In this document: positions 1-9,713 of the stretch, in pieces | Position numbering within the stretch: the first letter of the stretch is position 1 | How the letters are laid out: every line of letters starts with the position of its first letter | Assembly (NCBI GenBank): GCA_945874665.1 | Contig: CAMCHJ010000003.1 | Span: 12,497 to 76,496, forward strand | Length of the DNA: 64,000 nt | Direction: 5' to 3' | DNA from: Chitinophaga pinensis | GTDB taxonomy: Bacteria; Bacteroidota; Bacteroidia; UBA7662 | Notes under the pieces: model-generated | The model's input: the letters and a program-made list of their open reading frames with translations, nothing else | The model's database searches: none | What the model was told of the DNA's origin: nothing | Made by a program: the position numbers and the translations under genes

Positions 1-456
1 TTGATTTTGCTGGATAAATGGACCGCCAAAAAGGAATCTAAATATGTGGAAATCGAGCATATTTCCTACTTAGATGCCTTGAAAATAGGATCAATTCAGT
101 GCTTGAGCATGATTCCTGGCGTATCACGATCAGCCGCAACCATTTTTGGAGGTGTGTATGCAGGTTTTAACAGGGTGCAAGCCGCAGAGTTCAGTTTTTT
201 ACTCGCCATTCCCACCATGTTCGCCGCTACAGGCTACGACATCCTCAAAAACAGAGCGCTTTTTAACGCTGATGGCCTGGTGATCATGCTGGTAGGCGGT
301 TTGGTAGCGTTTGTAGTGGCTATTTTGGCTGTGAAAGCCTTTGTAAGTTTCTTAACCAAGTACGGTTTTAAACATTTTGGCTATTACCGCATTGTTGTAG
401 GCATTTTGTTTTTGATTTATGCCTACCAAACGGGTTTGCAGTTAGCTATTGATTGA
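1..456 (+). CDS. uppP: undecaprenyl-diphosphate phosphatase (5'-truncated by window edge)
   Basis: PGVSRSAATI motif, AAEFSFLLAIPTM, hydrophobic TM segments, FGYYRI near the C-terminus. Confidence 0.95.
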   Translation: MILLDKWTAKKESKYVEIEHISYLDALKIGSIQCLSMIPGVSRSAATIFGGVYAGFNRVQAAEFSFLLAIPTMFAATGYDILKNRALFNADGLVIMLVGGLVAFVVAILAVKAFVSFLTKYGFKHFGYYRIVVGILFLIYAYQTGLQLAID

Positions 457-1157
457 TGCTTGATTTTCAAAAGGGAGAGGTGTTGCTCTTCGATAAACCG
501 CTCGGCTGGACTTCTTTTGATTTGGTAAAAAAAGTGCGTAATCTCATTCGCATTAAAAAAGTGGGCCACGCAGGCACGCTTGATCCATTGGCTACAGGCC
601 TCATGATTTTGTGCACGGGCGCCATGACCAAGTCCATTGAAAGGCTCACCGGCATGGACAAAACGTACACTGGCACCTTGCGTTTGGGTGAAACCACCCC
701 CAGTTACGACCGCGAAACGGAGGTCAACGCTACTTTTCCATACGAGCACATTACTGCTGAACAAATGGCAGCGGTAGCAGCCACGTTTACCGGCGATTTG
801 ATGCAAATTCCACCTGCGCACTCAGCCATTAAAGTCGATGGCAAGCGTTTATACGTTGATGCGCGCAAAGGCATTGAAGTTGAAATTAAACCGCGTCCTG
901 TACACATTCACGGTTTCGAAATCACGGCGGTGGCACTCCCTGACGTGCATTTTACTGTTAAATGCAGCAAAGGCACCTACATTCGTTCGTTGGTTTTTGA
1001 TTTTGGAAAAGCATTAGGTAGTGGGGCGGTTATGACCGAACTTTGCAGGACCAGCATCGGTGACCATGCCCTCGAAGGCGCTTGGCAATTAGCCGATTTT
1101 GAAGCCATGATTAAAGCAAACAGCGCACAAAGGGATGAAGGTTTACCACGGACTTGA
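456..1157 (+). CDS. truB: tRNA pseudouridine(55) synthase
   Basis: DKPLGWTSFD, KVGHAGTLDPLATG and CSKGTYIRSL motifs; ATG at 456 overlaps the uppP stop (TGATG). Confidence 0.97.
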   Translation: MLDFQKGEVLLFDKPLGWTSFDLVKKVRNLIRIKKVGHAGTLDPLATGLMILCTGAMTKSIERLTGMDKTYTGTLRLGETTPSYDRETEVNATFPYEHITAEQMAAVAATFTGDLMQIPPAHSAIKVDGKRLYVDARKGIEVEIKPRPVHIHGFEITAVALPDVHFTVKCSKGTYIRSLVFDFGKALGSGAVMTELCRTSIGDHALEGAWQLADFEAMIKANSAQRDEGLPRT

Positions 1158-2079
1158 ACATTTTAAAGCCGAAAAACCGGTTGTGCTCACCATCGGCTCT
1201 TTCGATGGCGTGCATTTGGGTCACCAGGAGCTTTTAGCGCGACTGAAAGCCAAGGCCTTGGAAATCGGTGGTTTGTCGGCACTGATGACTTTTACGCCGC
1301 ACCCGCGCATTGCCTTAAACAAAGACAAAGAAAAGTTACGATTGCTCACCAATGATGCCGAAAAAGAGGCCTTGCTGCGTTATTTTGGTTTGGATGTGTT
1401 GATTTTTATGCCTTTTGACCAAGCCTTTTCAAGTCAACCCGCTGCCGTTTTTTTAGAGGAAGTTTTGCTTGACAAAATTGGCATGAAGCACCTGGTGATT
1501 GGCTATGACCATAAATTCGGTCAAAACCGTTCTGGTGACATTCATTTTTTGCGGGCGCAAGCAGCAACAAGTCAGCGTTTTAGTGTAGAAGAAATTTCAC
1601 AACAAACCATGGATGAGTTGGCAGTGAGTTCAACCAAAATTCGCTTGGCCATAGAAGCAGGAGATGTGATGTTGGCACAGAAGCTTTTGGGATTTCCCTA
1701 CAGTTTGAGCGGTGAGGTTGTAAAAGGTGACCAAATTGGCCGCAAGCTGGGCTATCCAACGGCCAATCTCGCGCTGAATGATGTGTATAAGCAAGTGCCG
1801 TGCGCAGGTGTTTATGCCACTGAAATTGAGGTGGGAGGGCAGTCGCACCGCGCCATGACCTACATTGGTACCCGACCCACCCTTGCGGGTACACGAAACA
1901 ACATCGAGACCAACATCTTGGATTTTCAAGGCGATTTATACGAACAATCGATGAAAATTCACTTTTTGCAGCACATACGTGCCGATGTGAAATTTGAAAA
2001 TTTAGAAGAGCTCACGCAGCAAATTGCCCGTGATGAACGCAAGGTGCGGCTGTACTTCGGCTTGCCTGAGCTGCCTTAA
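1135..2079 (+). CDS. ribF: bifunctional riboflavin kinase/FAD synthetase
   Basis: GSFDGVHLGH, VSSTKIR, GRKLGYPTAN and GTRPT motifs. Confidence 0.97.
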   Translation: MKVYHGLEHFKAEKPVVLTIGSFDGVHLGHQELLARLKAKALEIGGLSALMTFTPHPRIALNKDKEKLRLLTNDAEKEALLRYFGLDVLIFMPFDQAFSSQPAAVFLEEVLLDKIGMKHLVIGYDHKFGQNRSGDIHFLRAQAATSQRFSVEEISQQTMDELAVSSTKIRLAIEAGDVMLAQKLLGFPYSLSGEVVKGDQIGRKLGYPTANLALNDVYKQVPCAGVYATEIEVGGQSHRAMTYIGTRPTLAGTRNNIETNILDFQGDLYEQSMKIHFLQHIRADVKFENLEELTQQIARDERKVRLYFGLPELP

Positions 2080-3095
2080 GCCAACAGTTTATACACCATC
2101 TCCTTCAGCAACTCACCATCCTCGGTTTCGTTGCTGCCTAAGCCTTTCGATTTTAAATCGTACTCCAGTAAAATGCCAATGCTTTTTTTGGTTCTCGGGA
2201 GACTAAAATTGCGGGCGTAGGTGTCGTAATCTTTTAAGAAATATGGATTTACGCCCAATGCCGCGGCCATTTGTTGCTGAGAGGCCCCTTTTTGGTAGTG
2301 GTAGTTGTAAATTCTGCTGAAAAACGAGTATAAAGACCCAATGCAAACGGGCATGCTGAAATTGCTAGCCTTCGGACTTTCAGCAAAGTAGTTTACAATC
2401 TGAAAAGCTTTGAAGGTGTCTTTGCGACCAATGGCATTCTGCAGCTCAAAAACATTGTAGTCGCGACTAATGCCGATGTATTTTTCAATGAGTTCTACCG
2501 TAATGGCAGCACCTGGCTCCAGGTTTATGGCTAGTTTTTCGACTTCTGAAGCAATGCGACTGAGGTTGTTGCCCAGGTACTCGGCCATGATGGCTGCCGT
2601 TTCGCTGGTTACCTTAAAGCCTTGTTCCTGAATAAAAACTTCAATCCATTTTGCCAGTTGATAGTCTTTTACCTTTTCGCTCAAAAAAACCAGGCCTTTT
2701 TCATCTGCGATTTTGTACGATTTTTTGCGCTTATCGAGTACTTTGCTTTTGAATGCAAGCACTAAAAAGGTGCTGCCTAGTGGCTTTTCGAAATAGCTTT
2801 GCAGCTTTTCATATTCTTTATCTGACAGGCCTTGGGCTTCTTTGATGAGCACCAATTGCCGTTCAGCCATCATCGGAAAACGGCGTGCGGCATTTACAAT
2901 GGTCACTGCGTCCACATCGCGCCCATACATCACCGTTTGGTTAAATCCCTTTTGCTCCTCGGGAATGGCTTCATTTTCGATCCAATGGGTAATTTTATCC
3001 ATGAAAAAGCCTTCCTCACCATGCAATAAAAGAATGGGGGGGTATTTGCGATTTTGGAGTTGCTTGAGCAGTTCGGGAAAGCTTATCTGGGCCAT
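2076..3095 (-). CDS. holA: DNA polymerase III delta subunit
   Basis: LLHGEEGFF, FNQTVMYGRD, ARRFPMMAERQLV, IGISRDYNVFELQ; 339 aa. Confidence 0.93.
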   Translation of the reverse strand: MAQISFPELLKQLQNRKYPPILLLHGEEGFFMDKITHWIENEAIPEEQKGFNQTVMYGRDVDAVTIVNAARRFPMMAERQLVLIKEAQGLSDKEYEKLQSYFEKPLGSTFLVLAFKSKVLDKRKKSYKIADEKGLVFLSEKVKDYQLAKWIEVFIQEQGFKVTSETAAIMAEYLGNNLSRIASEVEKLAINLEPGAAITVELIEKYIGISRDYNVFELQNAIGRKDTFKAFQIVNYFAESPKASNFSMPVCIGSLYSFFSRIYNYHYQKGASQQQMAAALGVNPYFLKDYDTYARNFSLPRTKKSIGILLEYDLKSKGLGSNETEDGELLKEMVYKLLA

Positions 3096-3097
3096 TT

Positions 3098-3868
3098 TTA
3101 GAAGCGCAAGTGTTTAACTGTAAGTCCGTTATTGATGAGTTGTTTCAGCGACCCAATACCTACTTTTAGGTGGTTGCTAACAAAGTCTGCCGTGACTTTA
3201 GCATCGCTTTCAGTCGTTTTTACGCCTTCTGGAATCATGGGTTGGTCGCTAATGAGCAGCAAGGCACCCGTAGGAATGCCATTGTGAAAGCCGGTGGTAA
3301 ATACGGTAGCGGTTTCCATATCAATGGCCATGGCGCGAATGGTACGGAGGTATTTTTTGAAATTTTTGTCATGCTCCCAAACCCTGCGGTTGGTGGTGTA
3401 CACGGTGCCTGTCCAGTAATCGAGCCCATGATCGCGTACCGTTGTAGAAATGGCTTTTTGCAAAGCAAAGGAGGGAAGGGCGGGTACTTCAGGTGGTAAG
3501 TAGTCGTTAGAGGTGCCTTCGCCCCTAATGGCAGCAATCGGCAGTACCAGGTCGCCGATGGCATTTTTGCGTTTCAAGCCGCCGCATTTACCTAAAAAAA
3601 GCACTGCTTTGGGGTGGATAGCGGTTAGGAGGTCCATCATGGTGGCAGCCATCGGACTACCCATCCCAAAGTTGATGAGGGTAATGCCATCGGCCACTAC
3701 TGTTTGAATGGGCTTATCGAGGCCCATAATAGGCACTTGATACCATTCCGAAAACATTTTGAGGTAATGCGAAAAGTTGGTTAACAGCACATAAGGGGTA
3801 AAATCCTCCAGCTGTCTACCTGTGTAGCGCGGAAGCCAATTGTTTACAATGTCTTCTTTCGTTTTCAT
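3098..3868 (-). CDS. amn: AMP nucleosidase (short Bacteroidota type, PNP/UDP phosphorylase fold)
   Basis: MKTKEDIVNNWLPRYTG start, NFGMGSP, AIRGEGTS, AIDMETAT; start moved to the ATG at 3868. Confidence 0.88.
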   Translation of the reverse strand: MKTKEDIVNNWLPRYTGRQLEDFTPYVLLTNFSHYLKMFSEWYQVPIMGLDKPIQTVVADGITLINFGMGSPMAATMMDLLTAIHPKAVLFLGKCGGLKRKNAIGDLVLPIAAIRGEGTSNDYLPPEVPALPSFALQKAISTTVRDHGLDYWTGTVYTTNRRVWEHDKNFKKYLRTIRAMAIDMETATVFTTGFHNGIPTGALLLISDQPMIPEGVKTTESDAKVTADFVSNHLKVGIGSLKQLINNGLTVKHLRF

Positions 3869-3920
3869 ACTTTTGTTGCAGGCTAAATTAAACAATAACC
3901 ACCTCTTTTTGCGTGATTTT

Positions 3921-4388
3921 ATGCACAACCAGCAACTCGACCTCCCCGTTTTTGATTACCGATTTAAGGAAGAAGGTGGTAAAAAGTGTCTTTTTGATGT
4001 CTTTCGAAAAAAGTTTGTGGTGCTAACGCCTGAAGAATGGGTGCGCCAGCACCTGCTGCAGCATTTGTGGCGCAATTTGGGATTCCCGATGGCTTTCATT
4101 TCTGTGGAAAAAAGCTTTTTGGTGGATGGCCTCCAAAAGCGTTACGATGCTGTGATTTACAACCGCGATTTTAAGCCGCTCTTGCTCATCGAGTGCAAAG
4201 CACCTGCTGTTGCGGTCGATCAAGTTGTTTTTGACCAGGCGGCACGCTATAACCGCAGCTTGCAAGTGCCCTTTATGTTGGTAAGCAATGGATTAACGCA
4301 TGTTTTGGCGCAGGTAGATGCAGCAGCCGGCCGCTATGTTTTTGCCAATGGCTTGCTGAGTTACGATGCATTGATCGCTGCGCAGTGA
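3921..4388 (+). CDS. stand-alone type I restriction enzyme HsdR N-terminal-domain protein (HSDR_N_2-like)
   Basis: LTPEEWVRQH, RYD...LLIECKAP, QAARYN, SNG motifs (PD-(D/E)XK-like); ATG at 3921. Confidence 0.85.
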   Translation: MHNQQLDLPVFDYRFKEEGGKKCLFDVFRKKFVVLTPEEWVRQHLLQHLWRNLGFPMAFISVEKSFLVDGLQKRYDAVIYNRDFKPLLLIECKAPAVAVDQVVFDQAARYNRSLQVPFMLVSNGLTHVLAQVDAAAGRYVFANGLLSYDALIAAQ

Positions 4389-4391
4389 TGT

Positions 4392-5066
4392 TTACAAGGC
4401 CTTGGCCAATGTTTTCATTTCGCCATTAAAAATCACTTCTAAGCCTTCGTCGGTCTTGATAGAGTTCAACAACATGGCTTGGGCAACAATGCGCACGTGA
4501 ATTGAGCGGAATCGAACTGGAAAAAGCCACTCGAACAAAGGTGAAAGGACTTTAGCGATACGTTCCCCAACACGTACTTCTTGGCGGTCGCCCAACAGCA
4601 AGCCAGGTCTGTAAATCGATAGCCGCTCAAAGCCCACGGCCTCGAGTGCTTGCTCGGCTTCACCCTTTACCTGGTTATAAAAGAAGCCCGACTTGGCATC
4701 GGCGCCTACCGCACTGATCAGGCTGAAATGGGTAACACCGGCTTGTTTGGCAACATTTGCGGCATCTACCACCATGTTGTAGTCTACCTTTTTGAACGCT
4801 TCTTTGCTGCCTGCTTGTTTCATGGTGCTGCCCAAACAGCAGTAAACCCTGCTGATGCCTGAAAAGGCATCGAGGTGTTTCACCAAATTGCTCAAATCGG
4901 CTTGTACAAACTGTATTTTATGATGGTCATAAGGTGCAGGGCGACGGCCCAAACACACGATGCTGTTTACTTTGTCGCTTTTCACAAGCTCCTCAAGCAA
5001 TACACTGCCCACAGCACCTGTATAACCAAGGATCAGGGCGTTAAAAAAAGGTTGATGGATACTCAT
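4392..5066 (-). CDS. atypical SDR NAD(P)-binding oxidoreductase (TIP30/YraR-like)
   Basis: LGYTGAVG Rossmann motif, CCLGSTMKQAGS, FYNQVKGEAE, YRPGLLLGDR. Confidence 0.85.
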   Translation of the reverse strand: MSIHQPFFNALILGYTGAVGSVLLEELVKSDKVNSIVCLGRRPAPYDHHKIQFVQADLSNLVKHLDAFSGISRVYCCLGSTMKQAGSKEAFKKVDYNMVVDAANVAKQAGVTHFSLISAVGADAKSGFFYNQVKGEAEQALEAVGFERLSIYRPGLLLGDRQEVRVGERIAKVLSPLFEWLFPVRFRSIHVRIVAQAMLLNSIKTDEGLEVIFNGEMKTLAKAL

Positions 5067-5542
5067 TAGGCGTGGTGGTAAGGTTCGTTTTTGAGGATGG
5101 TAAAGGCACGGTACAATTGCTCTAGGAAAATGATCCTCACCAGTTGATGTGAAAAGGTCATTGCAGAAAGGGATATTTGAAAATCGGCCCGCTTGTAAAT
5201 ATCGTCACTAAATCCGAAGGCACCGCCAATCAAAAAATCTATTTGAGAGCGACCGGCAACCGACCATTTTTCAATTTCAGTGGCAAAGGCGGGGGAATCA
5301 AATTTTTTGCCCCGTTCATCTAAAAGCACTACCCAGCTTTTGGCGGTGAGCTGCTTTTGAAAAAGCGCACCCTCTCGTTTGCAAAGTTCGTCTTGCTGTA
5401 AATTGGTGGCGTTTTTGATGGATGGCAGGGTAATCAGCTCAAATTGGCAATAATGTTTAAGCTTCTTTTCGTAGAAGTCGATGCCAGCTTCAATAAAAGC
5501 CTCTTGGTTTTTGCCAATTTGGAGTAAACGTACTTTCAACAT
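5066..5542 (-). CDS. rlmH: 23S rRNA (pseudouridine1915-N3)-methyltransferase
   Basis: LLDERGK, IGGAFGF, SLSAMTFSHQLVR, EQLYRAFTILKNEPYHH. Confidence 0.97.
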   Translation of the reverse strand: MLKVRLLQIGKNQEAFIEAGIDFYEKKLKHYCQFELITLPSIKNATNLQQDELCKREGALFQKQLTAKSWVVLLDERGKKFDSPAFATEIEKWSVAGRSQIDFLIGGAFGFSDDIYKRADFQISLSAMTFSHQLVRIIFLEQLYRAFTILKNEPYHHA

Positions 5543-5555
5543 GCTATAAAAATAA

Positions 5556-5581
5556 GAAAGCCTCCACTAGGGGAGGCTTTC
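5556..5581 (-). terminator. intrinsic terminator downstream of the FKBP gene
   Basis: GAAAGCCTCC-N6-GGAGGCTTTC perfect inverted repeat followed on the minus strand by TTATTTTT. Confidence 0.8.
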
Positions 5582-5600
5582 GTTGCTTTTTTAAGTTCGA

Positions 5601-6293
5601 TTATTTGTCGATGCTCAACAATTCCACTTCAAAAATGAGGGTGGCATGTGGACCAATCAACTGACCAGCACCGCGCTCGCCATATGCCAAATCACTTGGC
5701 AAGAAGATGCGGAACTTTGAACCTACTGGCATAAGCTGTAAAGCTTCTGTCCATCCAGTAATTACACCGTTTAAAGGAAATGAAGCAGGCTCACCGCGAT
5801 CTACTGAACTGTCGAATACTTTGCCATCGGTAAGTGTACCGTGGTAATGTACCGTTACTTTGTCGGTAGCTACTGGCTTTGCACCTTCGCCCATGGTCAG
5901 TACTTCGTACTGTAAACCGCTAGCAGTGGTGGTTACACCAGCTTTTTTGGCGTTTTCAGCAAGAAATGCTTCACCGGCAGCACGACCTTCAGTTGCTTTT
6001 TTCTCCATCATTGAAGCAAAGTAGGCTTGGATGAGGGTGTTGGCCTCTTCTTCGCTAATGCTAAGGGTTTTGTCACCCATTACATCTTCCATTGCTTTCA
6101 TCATGGCAGCGATGTTGATGTCGCCAAAGCCTTGACCCTTGAGGTTGTTGCCGATGTTTACACCTAAGCTATAGCTTACGGTGTCCATTTCCGTTTTAAG
6201 AGCTGCGTTTTTGTCCATTTTCTTTTGACCATTGCAAGCCGTGAATGCAAATACACTCAGGCCTGTTACTAATAAAATTGATTTGAGTTGCAT
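5601..6293 (-). CDS. FKBP-type peptidyl-prolyl isomerase (FkpA/FklB-like), probable lipoprotein
   Basis: FKBP_N (DTVSYSLG) plus FKBP_C (VHYHGTL..G.VFDSS..RG, GWTEALQLM, LAYGERG); signal with AFTA-C lipobox; start at MQLKS. Confidence 0.92.
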   Translation of the reverse strand: MQLKSILLVTGLSVFAFTACNGQKKMDKNAALKTEMDTVSYSLGVNIGNNLKGQGFGDINIAAMMKAMEDVMGDKTLSISEEEANTLIQAYFASMMEKKATEGRAAGEAFLAENAKKAGVTTTASGLQYEVLTMGEGAKPVATDKVTVHYHGTLTDGKVFDSSVDRGEPASFPLNGVITGWTEALQLMPVGSKFRIFLPSDLAYGERGAGQLIGPHATLIFEVELLSIDK

Positions 6294-6337
6294 AATTTTT
6301 GTTTGTAACGGTGCGAATATAAGTGATAAAATACAAA

Positions 6338-6949
6338 TCATTTAATTTCTTCGTCGATTGATAAGATTTTAACATAGTGAAGACCTTCAAAACGCTTCTG
6401 AGCTGGTTCTATGAGGTCTACATCGCCTTCGAAGTGGATGATGAGTGCTGTTTGGTCAGCGTTTAGCTGGGGCTTGAGGCCCAGTTCGTTCATCACTTTC
6501 TGAATTTCTGAAAAGTGCTCGTAGCCGCAACTGATACGCAATTGGCGCAGTTTAGGCAGCGGCACTTTTTCACAAAGTTCAAGGGCTGCTTGCGCCGCAC
6601 CTCCATAAGCGTCAATGAGTCCACGCACCCCCAGCAAAGTGCCCCCAAAATAACGCACAACGACTACAAAAGTATTGGAGAGGTTAAACTGATCGATGGC
6701 GTTGAGAATGGGCCTGCCGCCTGTTCCTGCTGGCTCACCATCGTCGTTGCTGCGCTGCCTTTCGCCGGTTTCGCCCAAGCGATAAGCGTAGCACCAATGC
6801 CTAGCAGCAAGGTGTTCTTTCTTTAGCTGATCTAGGATGGGCTGAATTTCACTGGCATCAAAAACCTCATAAGTATATCCAATAAACTTACTTCCTTTAT
6901 CTCTATAAATGGCGCTTTGGAAGCTAGTCAAGTGATTTTTCCGCATCAT
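6338..6949 (-). CDS. yigZ: YigZ/IMPACT family protein
   Basis: DKGSKF, ARHWCYAYR, NDDGEPAGTGG, VVRYFGGTLLG. Confidence 0.92.
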   Translation of the reverse strand: MMRKNHLTSFQSAIYRDKGSKFIGYTYEVFDASEIQPILDQLKKEHLAARHWCYAYRLGETGERQRSNDDGEPAGTGGRPILNAIDQFNLSNTFVVVVRYFGGTLLGVRGLIDAYGGAAQAALELCEKVPLPKLRQLRISCGYEHFSEIQKVMNELGLKPQLNADQTALIIHFEGDVDLIEPAQKRFEGLHYVKILSIDEEIK

Positions 6950-7806
6950 CAGGCTATGATGCTGTAAAGGAGAATGGAAGCTACGGCAGCCATGAGTGCC
7001 AGCCACTGTTTGCCTTTAGGTTGTTCCTTAAATAGCAACCAAGCCCCAATGGCTGCCAGTAATATGGTGCCTACATTGAGTAAGGGAAAAATCACGGCAC
7101 CGTTGATTTCGGAGCGAAAAGCCTTTAAAAGGCCAAAAACAGATAAAAAATTGGTGATTCCGAGTACAAGTCCAGCCCCAAAGCTTCTCCAACTAAACAA
7201 GGCCTTGCTTTGTAAATGCTGTATGCCAATAGCAGTCCAGCCAAAAACAGCAGAGGTGCCAAATAAAGTCATTAAAAACAGACCGTGCTGGGTGGGTGGC
7301 AGCAATTTCACTTCTACATAGTTTAAACTGGCATCCGCCAAGCCTCCACCTAAAAAAATGACCAGCGGTAAAAACCAAACTTTTTGGGCTTGCGTATTTG
7401 TCTTTGTGCCATGACTGCTCCAAATAATCGCAACTACCGCCAATACGAAGGCGCCCAGGTGTTGCCAGTGCAATTCACTTTGGTACAACGAAAAGGCCAG
7501 GATCATGGGTATGGCAAACGACATTTTGGCTGCAATGGTGGTTACATTTACGCCGAGTTGTTGCGCACTTTTACCAATCAAAACAAACAGCAGTACAAAC
7601 AACAAGCCGATAAAAGCGGCCCAGGGTAGCCAAGGTGTCGAAAGCCCTAAGGCCGGTAGGTCGCCCTGCAATGCCCACCCCAACACAATGCAACTGAAAT
7701 AATTGCTGGCTACGGCTACTAAGGTTTGAACCTTCCAGCGTTCGAACTGCCTAAAAAGCAGGAAATTGAAAACTGAACAGCTGATGCTGAGCAAAAGCCA
7801 AATCAT
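6949..7806 (-). CDS. DMT/EamA-family membrane transporter
   Basis: About 10 hydrophobic segments in two halves, LLFKE near the C-terminus; ATG at 7806 overlaps the ribD stop (ATGA). Confidence 0.8.
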   Translation of the reverse strand: MIWLLLSISCSVFNFLLFRQFERWKVQTLVAVASNYFSCIVLGWALQGDLPALGLSTPWLPWAAFIGLLFVLLFVLIGKSAQQLGVNVTTIAAKMSFAIPMILAFSLYQSELHWQHLGAFVLAVVAIIWSSHGTKTNTQAQKVWFLPLVIFLGGGLADASLNYVEVKLLPPTQHGLFLMTLFGTSAVFGWTAIGIQHLQSKALFSWRSFGAGLVLGITNFLSVFGLLKAFRSEINGAVIFPLLNVGTILLAAIGAWLLFKEQPKGKQWLALMAAVASILLYSIIA

Positions 7807-8801
7807 GATTTTTGTTTCATGTAAATATTTAATTTGTCTATACCAATTGTTTGGCAATCAATTAAATATGATTTATCTATATGGGGTGCACTGAGTCCTT
7901 GTCCCAGCTCATGAGGGGCTGTAAACAGCCGTATTTCGTCCCACAAACCTGCCTCTAAAAAAGCCAATAAAAGCTGCTGACCACCTTCCACGAGCAACGA
8001 CTGTATGCCTTGCTGGTGCACTTTTTCTAACAGCTGTGGCAGTTGCTGGGCTAGCTGGCCTTCGGTAACGGCGAGTCGAGTGGTAGGCGCGGCTGCATCA
8101 AACACCTGCCAATCAGCGCTGAGAAAGGGGGGGTGTTCCACCACAAAGCGATGCGGATGGGGGCCCGCTACCAAACGCGTTGTAAGCGCAGGATCATCGG
8201 CCAGCACGGTGCCCGCTCCAACCAGGATGCCACTTTCTATCGCACGCCAGCGGTGGGTGAGGATTTTGCTTTCTTCACTGCTGATCCAATAATTGCCAGG
8301 CTTGGAAGGCGCCATAAAACCATCAGCACTTTGCGCCCATTTGAGTACGATGTAAGGTCTTTTTTGCTCTTGAAAAGTGAAAAACCTGCGGTTCAGCTGG
8401 CGGCCTTCCTGCTCCAACACACCTGTAATTACTTCGCAGCCTGCTGCTCGCAACTTGGCAATGCCTTTGCCTGCCACTTCAGGAAAGGGATCTATGTTCG
8501 CTACAACCACTTTTTTAATCCCTTTTTCGATGATTAAAAGACTGCAAGGGGGTGTTTTGCCAAAATGCGCACAGGGTTCTAAGGTAACATACAGCGTGGC
8601 GTAAGGGAGCAAGGCTGGGTTTTGCACAGCGGCAATGGCGTTTACTTCGGCATGGGCCTCGCCGTATTTTTGGTGCCACCCTTCTCCAATAATTTCTCCA
8701 TCATGCACAAGCACACAGCCTACTAGGGGATTAGGAGCTACTGCTCCCGTACCCAAAGCAGCAAGTTCCAGGGCCCTGCGCATGAATTGCTCGTGTTGCA
8801 C
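7803..8801 (-). CDS. ribD: riboflavin biosynthesis deaminase/reductase
   Basis: PNPLVGC, HAEVNA, LEPCAH.GKTPPC, LKWAQSADG, LLVEGG; GTG start. Confidence 0.96.
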   Translation of the reverse strand: MQHEQFMRRALELAALGTGAVAPNPLVGCVLVHDGEIIGEGWHQKYGEAHAEVNAIAAVQNPALLPYATLYVTLEPCAHFGKTPPCSLLIIEKGIKKVVVANIDPFPEVAGKGIAKLRAAGCEVITGVLEQEGRQLNRRFFTFQEQKRPYIVLKWAQSADGFMAPSKPGNYWISSEESKILTHRWRAIESGILVGAGTVLADDPALTTRLVAGPHPHRFVVEHPPFLSADWQVFDAAAPTTRLAVTEGQLAQQLPQLLEKVHQQGIQSLLVEGGQQLLLAFLEAGLWDEIRLFTAPHELGQGLSAPHIDKSYLIDCQTIGIDKLNIYMKQKS

Positions 8802-8870
8802 GCGGTAAAGTTAACAAAGCCGGAGTTCGCACTAACACCTTTTTTTGCTTAGAAAATCACATCTTTGCGC

Positions 8871-9713
8871 ATGCATCAGGGGGCACGGACTTATCAGGAG
8901 GTTAAAAAACAAGATTTCGACCAGCCACTGGCCAAGCAGTATGCTGCTGGAGAATTGCGAGCGATGTGGTTGGCATGGCTGGCCTGTAAAGCAGACAAAG
9001 TCGCAAGCAGCTGGGCCAATTTGCAGTATGAGCCATTTCCTGGGCATTTACGGCAGGAGCTGGCTGCAACTGTGGTTTCGCTTCAATCGGGTAAGCCGCT
9101 TCAATATGTGCTCAACGAAGCTTATTTCTTAGAACGGAAGTTTGTTTTAAACGAAAGTGTACTCATTCCTCGCCCCGAAACCGAAGAATTAGTGCTTTGG
9201 ATGCTCGAAAGTCTGCCCGCTACCGACTTACATCTCATCGATTTAGGCACAGGCAGTGGCATCATTCCAATCAGTTTAAAGCTTGCACGACCGCATTGGC
9301 AACTTACTGGTGTTGATTTATCTCCCGAAGCCATCGCTACCGCAAAAATAAACGGGGCACGGCTTGCTGCCGAGGTACATTGGCTGGAAGCAGACATGTT
9401 GACCCTATCCTTACCACCTTGGGATGTTTTGGTAAGCAATCCGCCCTACATTCCCTACAACGAAGCCGCAAGTTTGTCCCCGCAGGTACGGGATTTTGAG
9501 CCTGCTATGGCCCTGTTTTCACCTACAACCGATGCCTTGCTTTTTTACAAGGCCATTGCCGAGCATGCACACCAAGCACCACCAGGCAAACAGCTCTTTT
9601 TGGAGCTCAATTACGAAAAAGCCCTCGAGATTGAGGGCTTATTTGAAGGTATGAAAACCGAATTACGCGCTGATTTGCAGGGCAAAGCGCGCATGCTGCG
9701 GGTGCTTACTTAA
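8871..9713 (+). CDS. prmC: release factor glutamine methyltransferase
   Basis: PLQYV, VLIPRPETEELV, DLGTGSG, VSNPPYI; ATG at 8871 preferred over TTG at 8865. Confidence 0.93.
   Translation: MHQGARTYQEVKKQDFDQPLAKQYAAGELRAMWLAWLACKADKVASSWANLQYEPFPGHLRQELAATVVSLQSGKPLQYVLNEAYFLERKFVLNESVLIPRPETEELVLWMLESLPATDLHLIDLGTGSGIIPISLKLARPHWQLTGVDLSPEAIATAKINGARLAAEVHWLEADMLTLSLPPWDVLVSNPPYIPYNEAASLSPQVRDFEPAMALFSPTTDALLFYKAIAEHAHQAPPGKQLFLELNYEKALEIEGLFEGMKTELRADLQGKARMLRVLT

Noticed and set aside
3840-4388. Type I restriction-modification defence system
   Set aside because: Only the small HsdR N-terminal-like domain is present; no helicase motor, methyltransferase or specificity gene lies nearby
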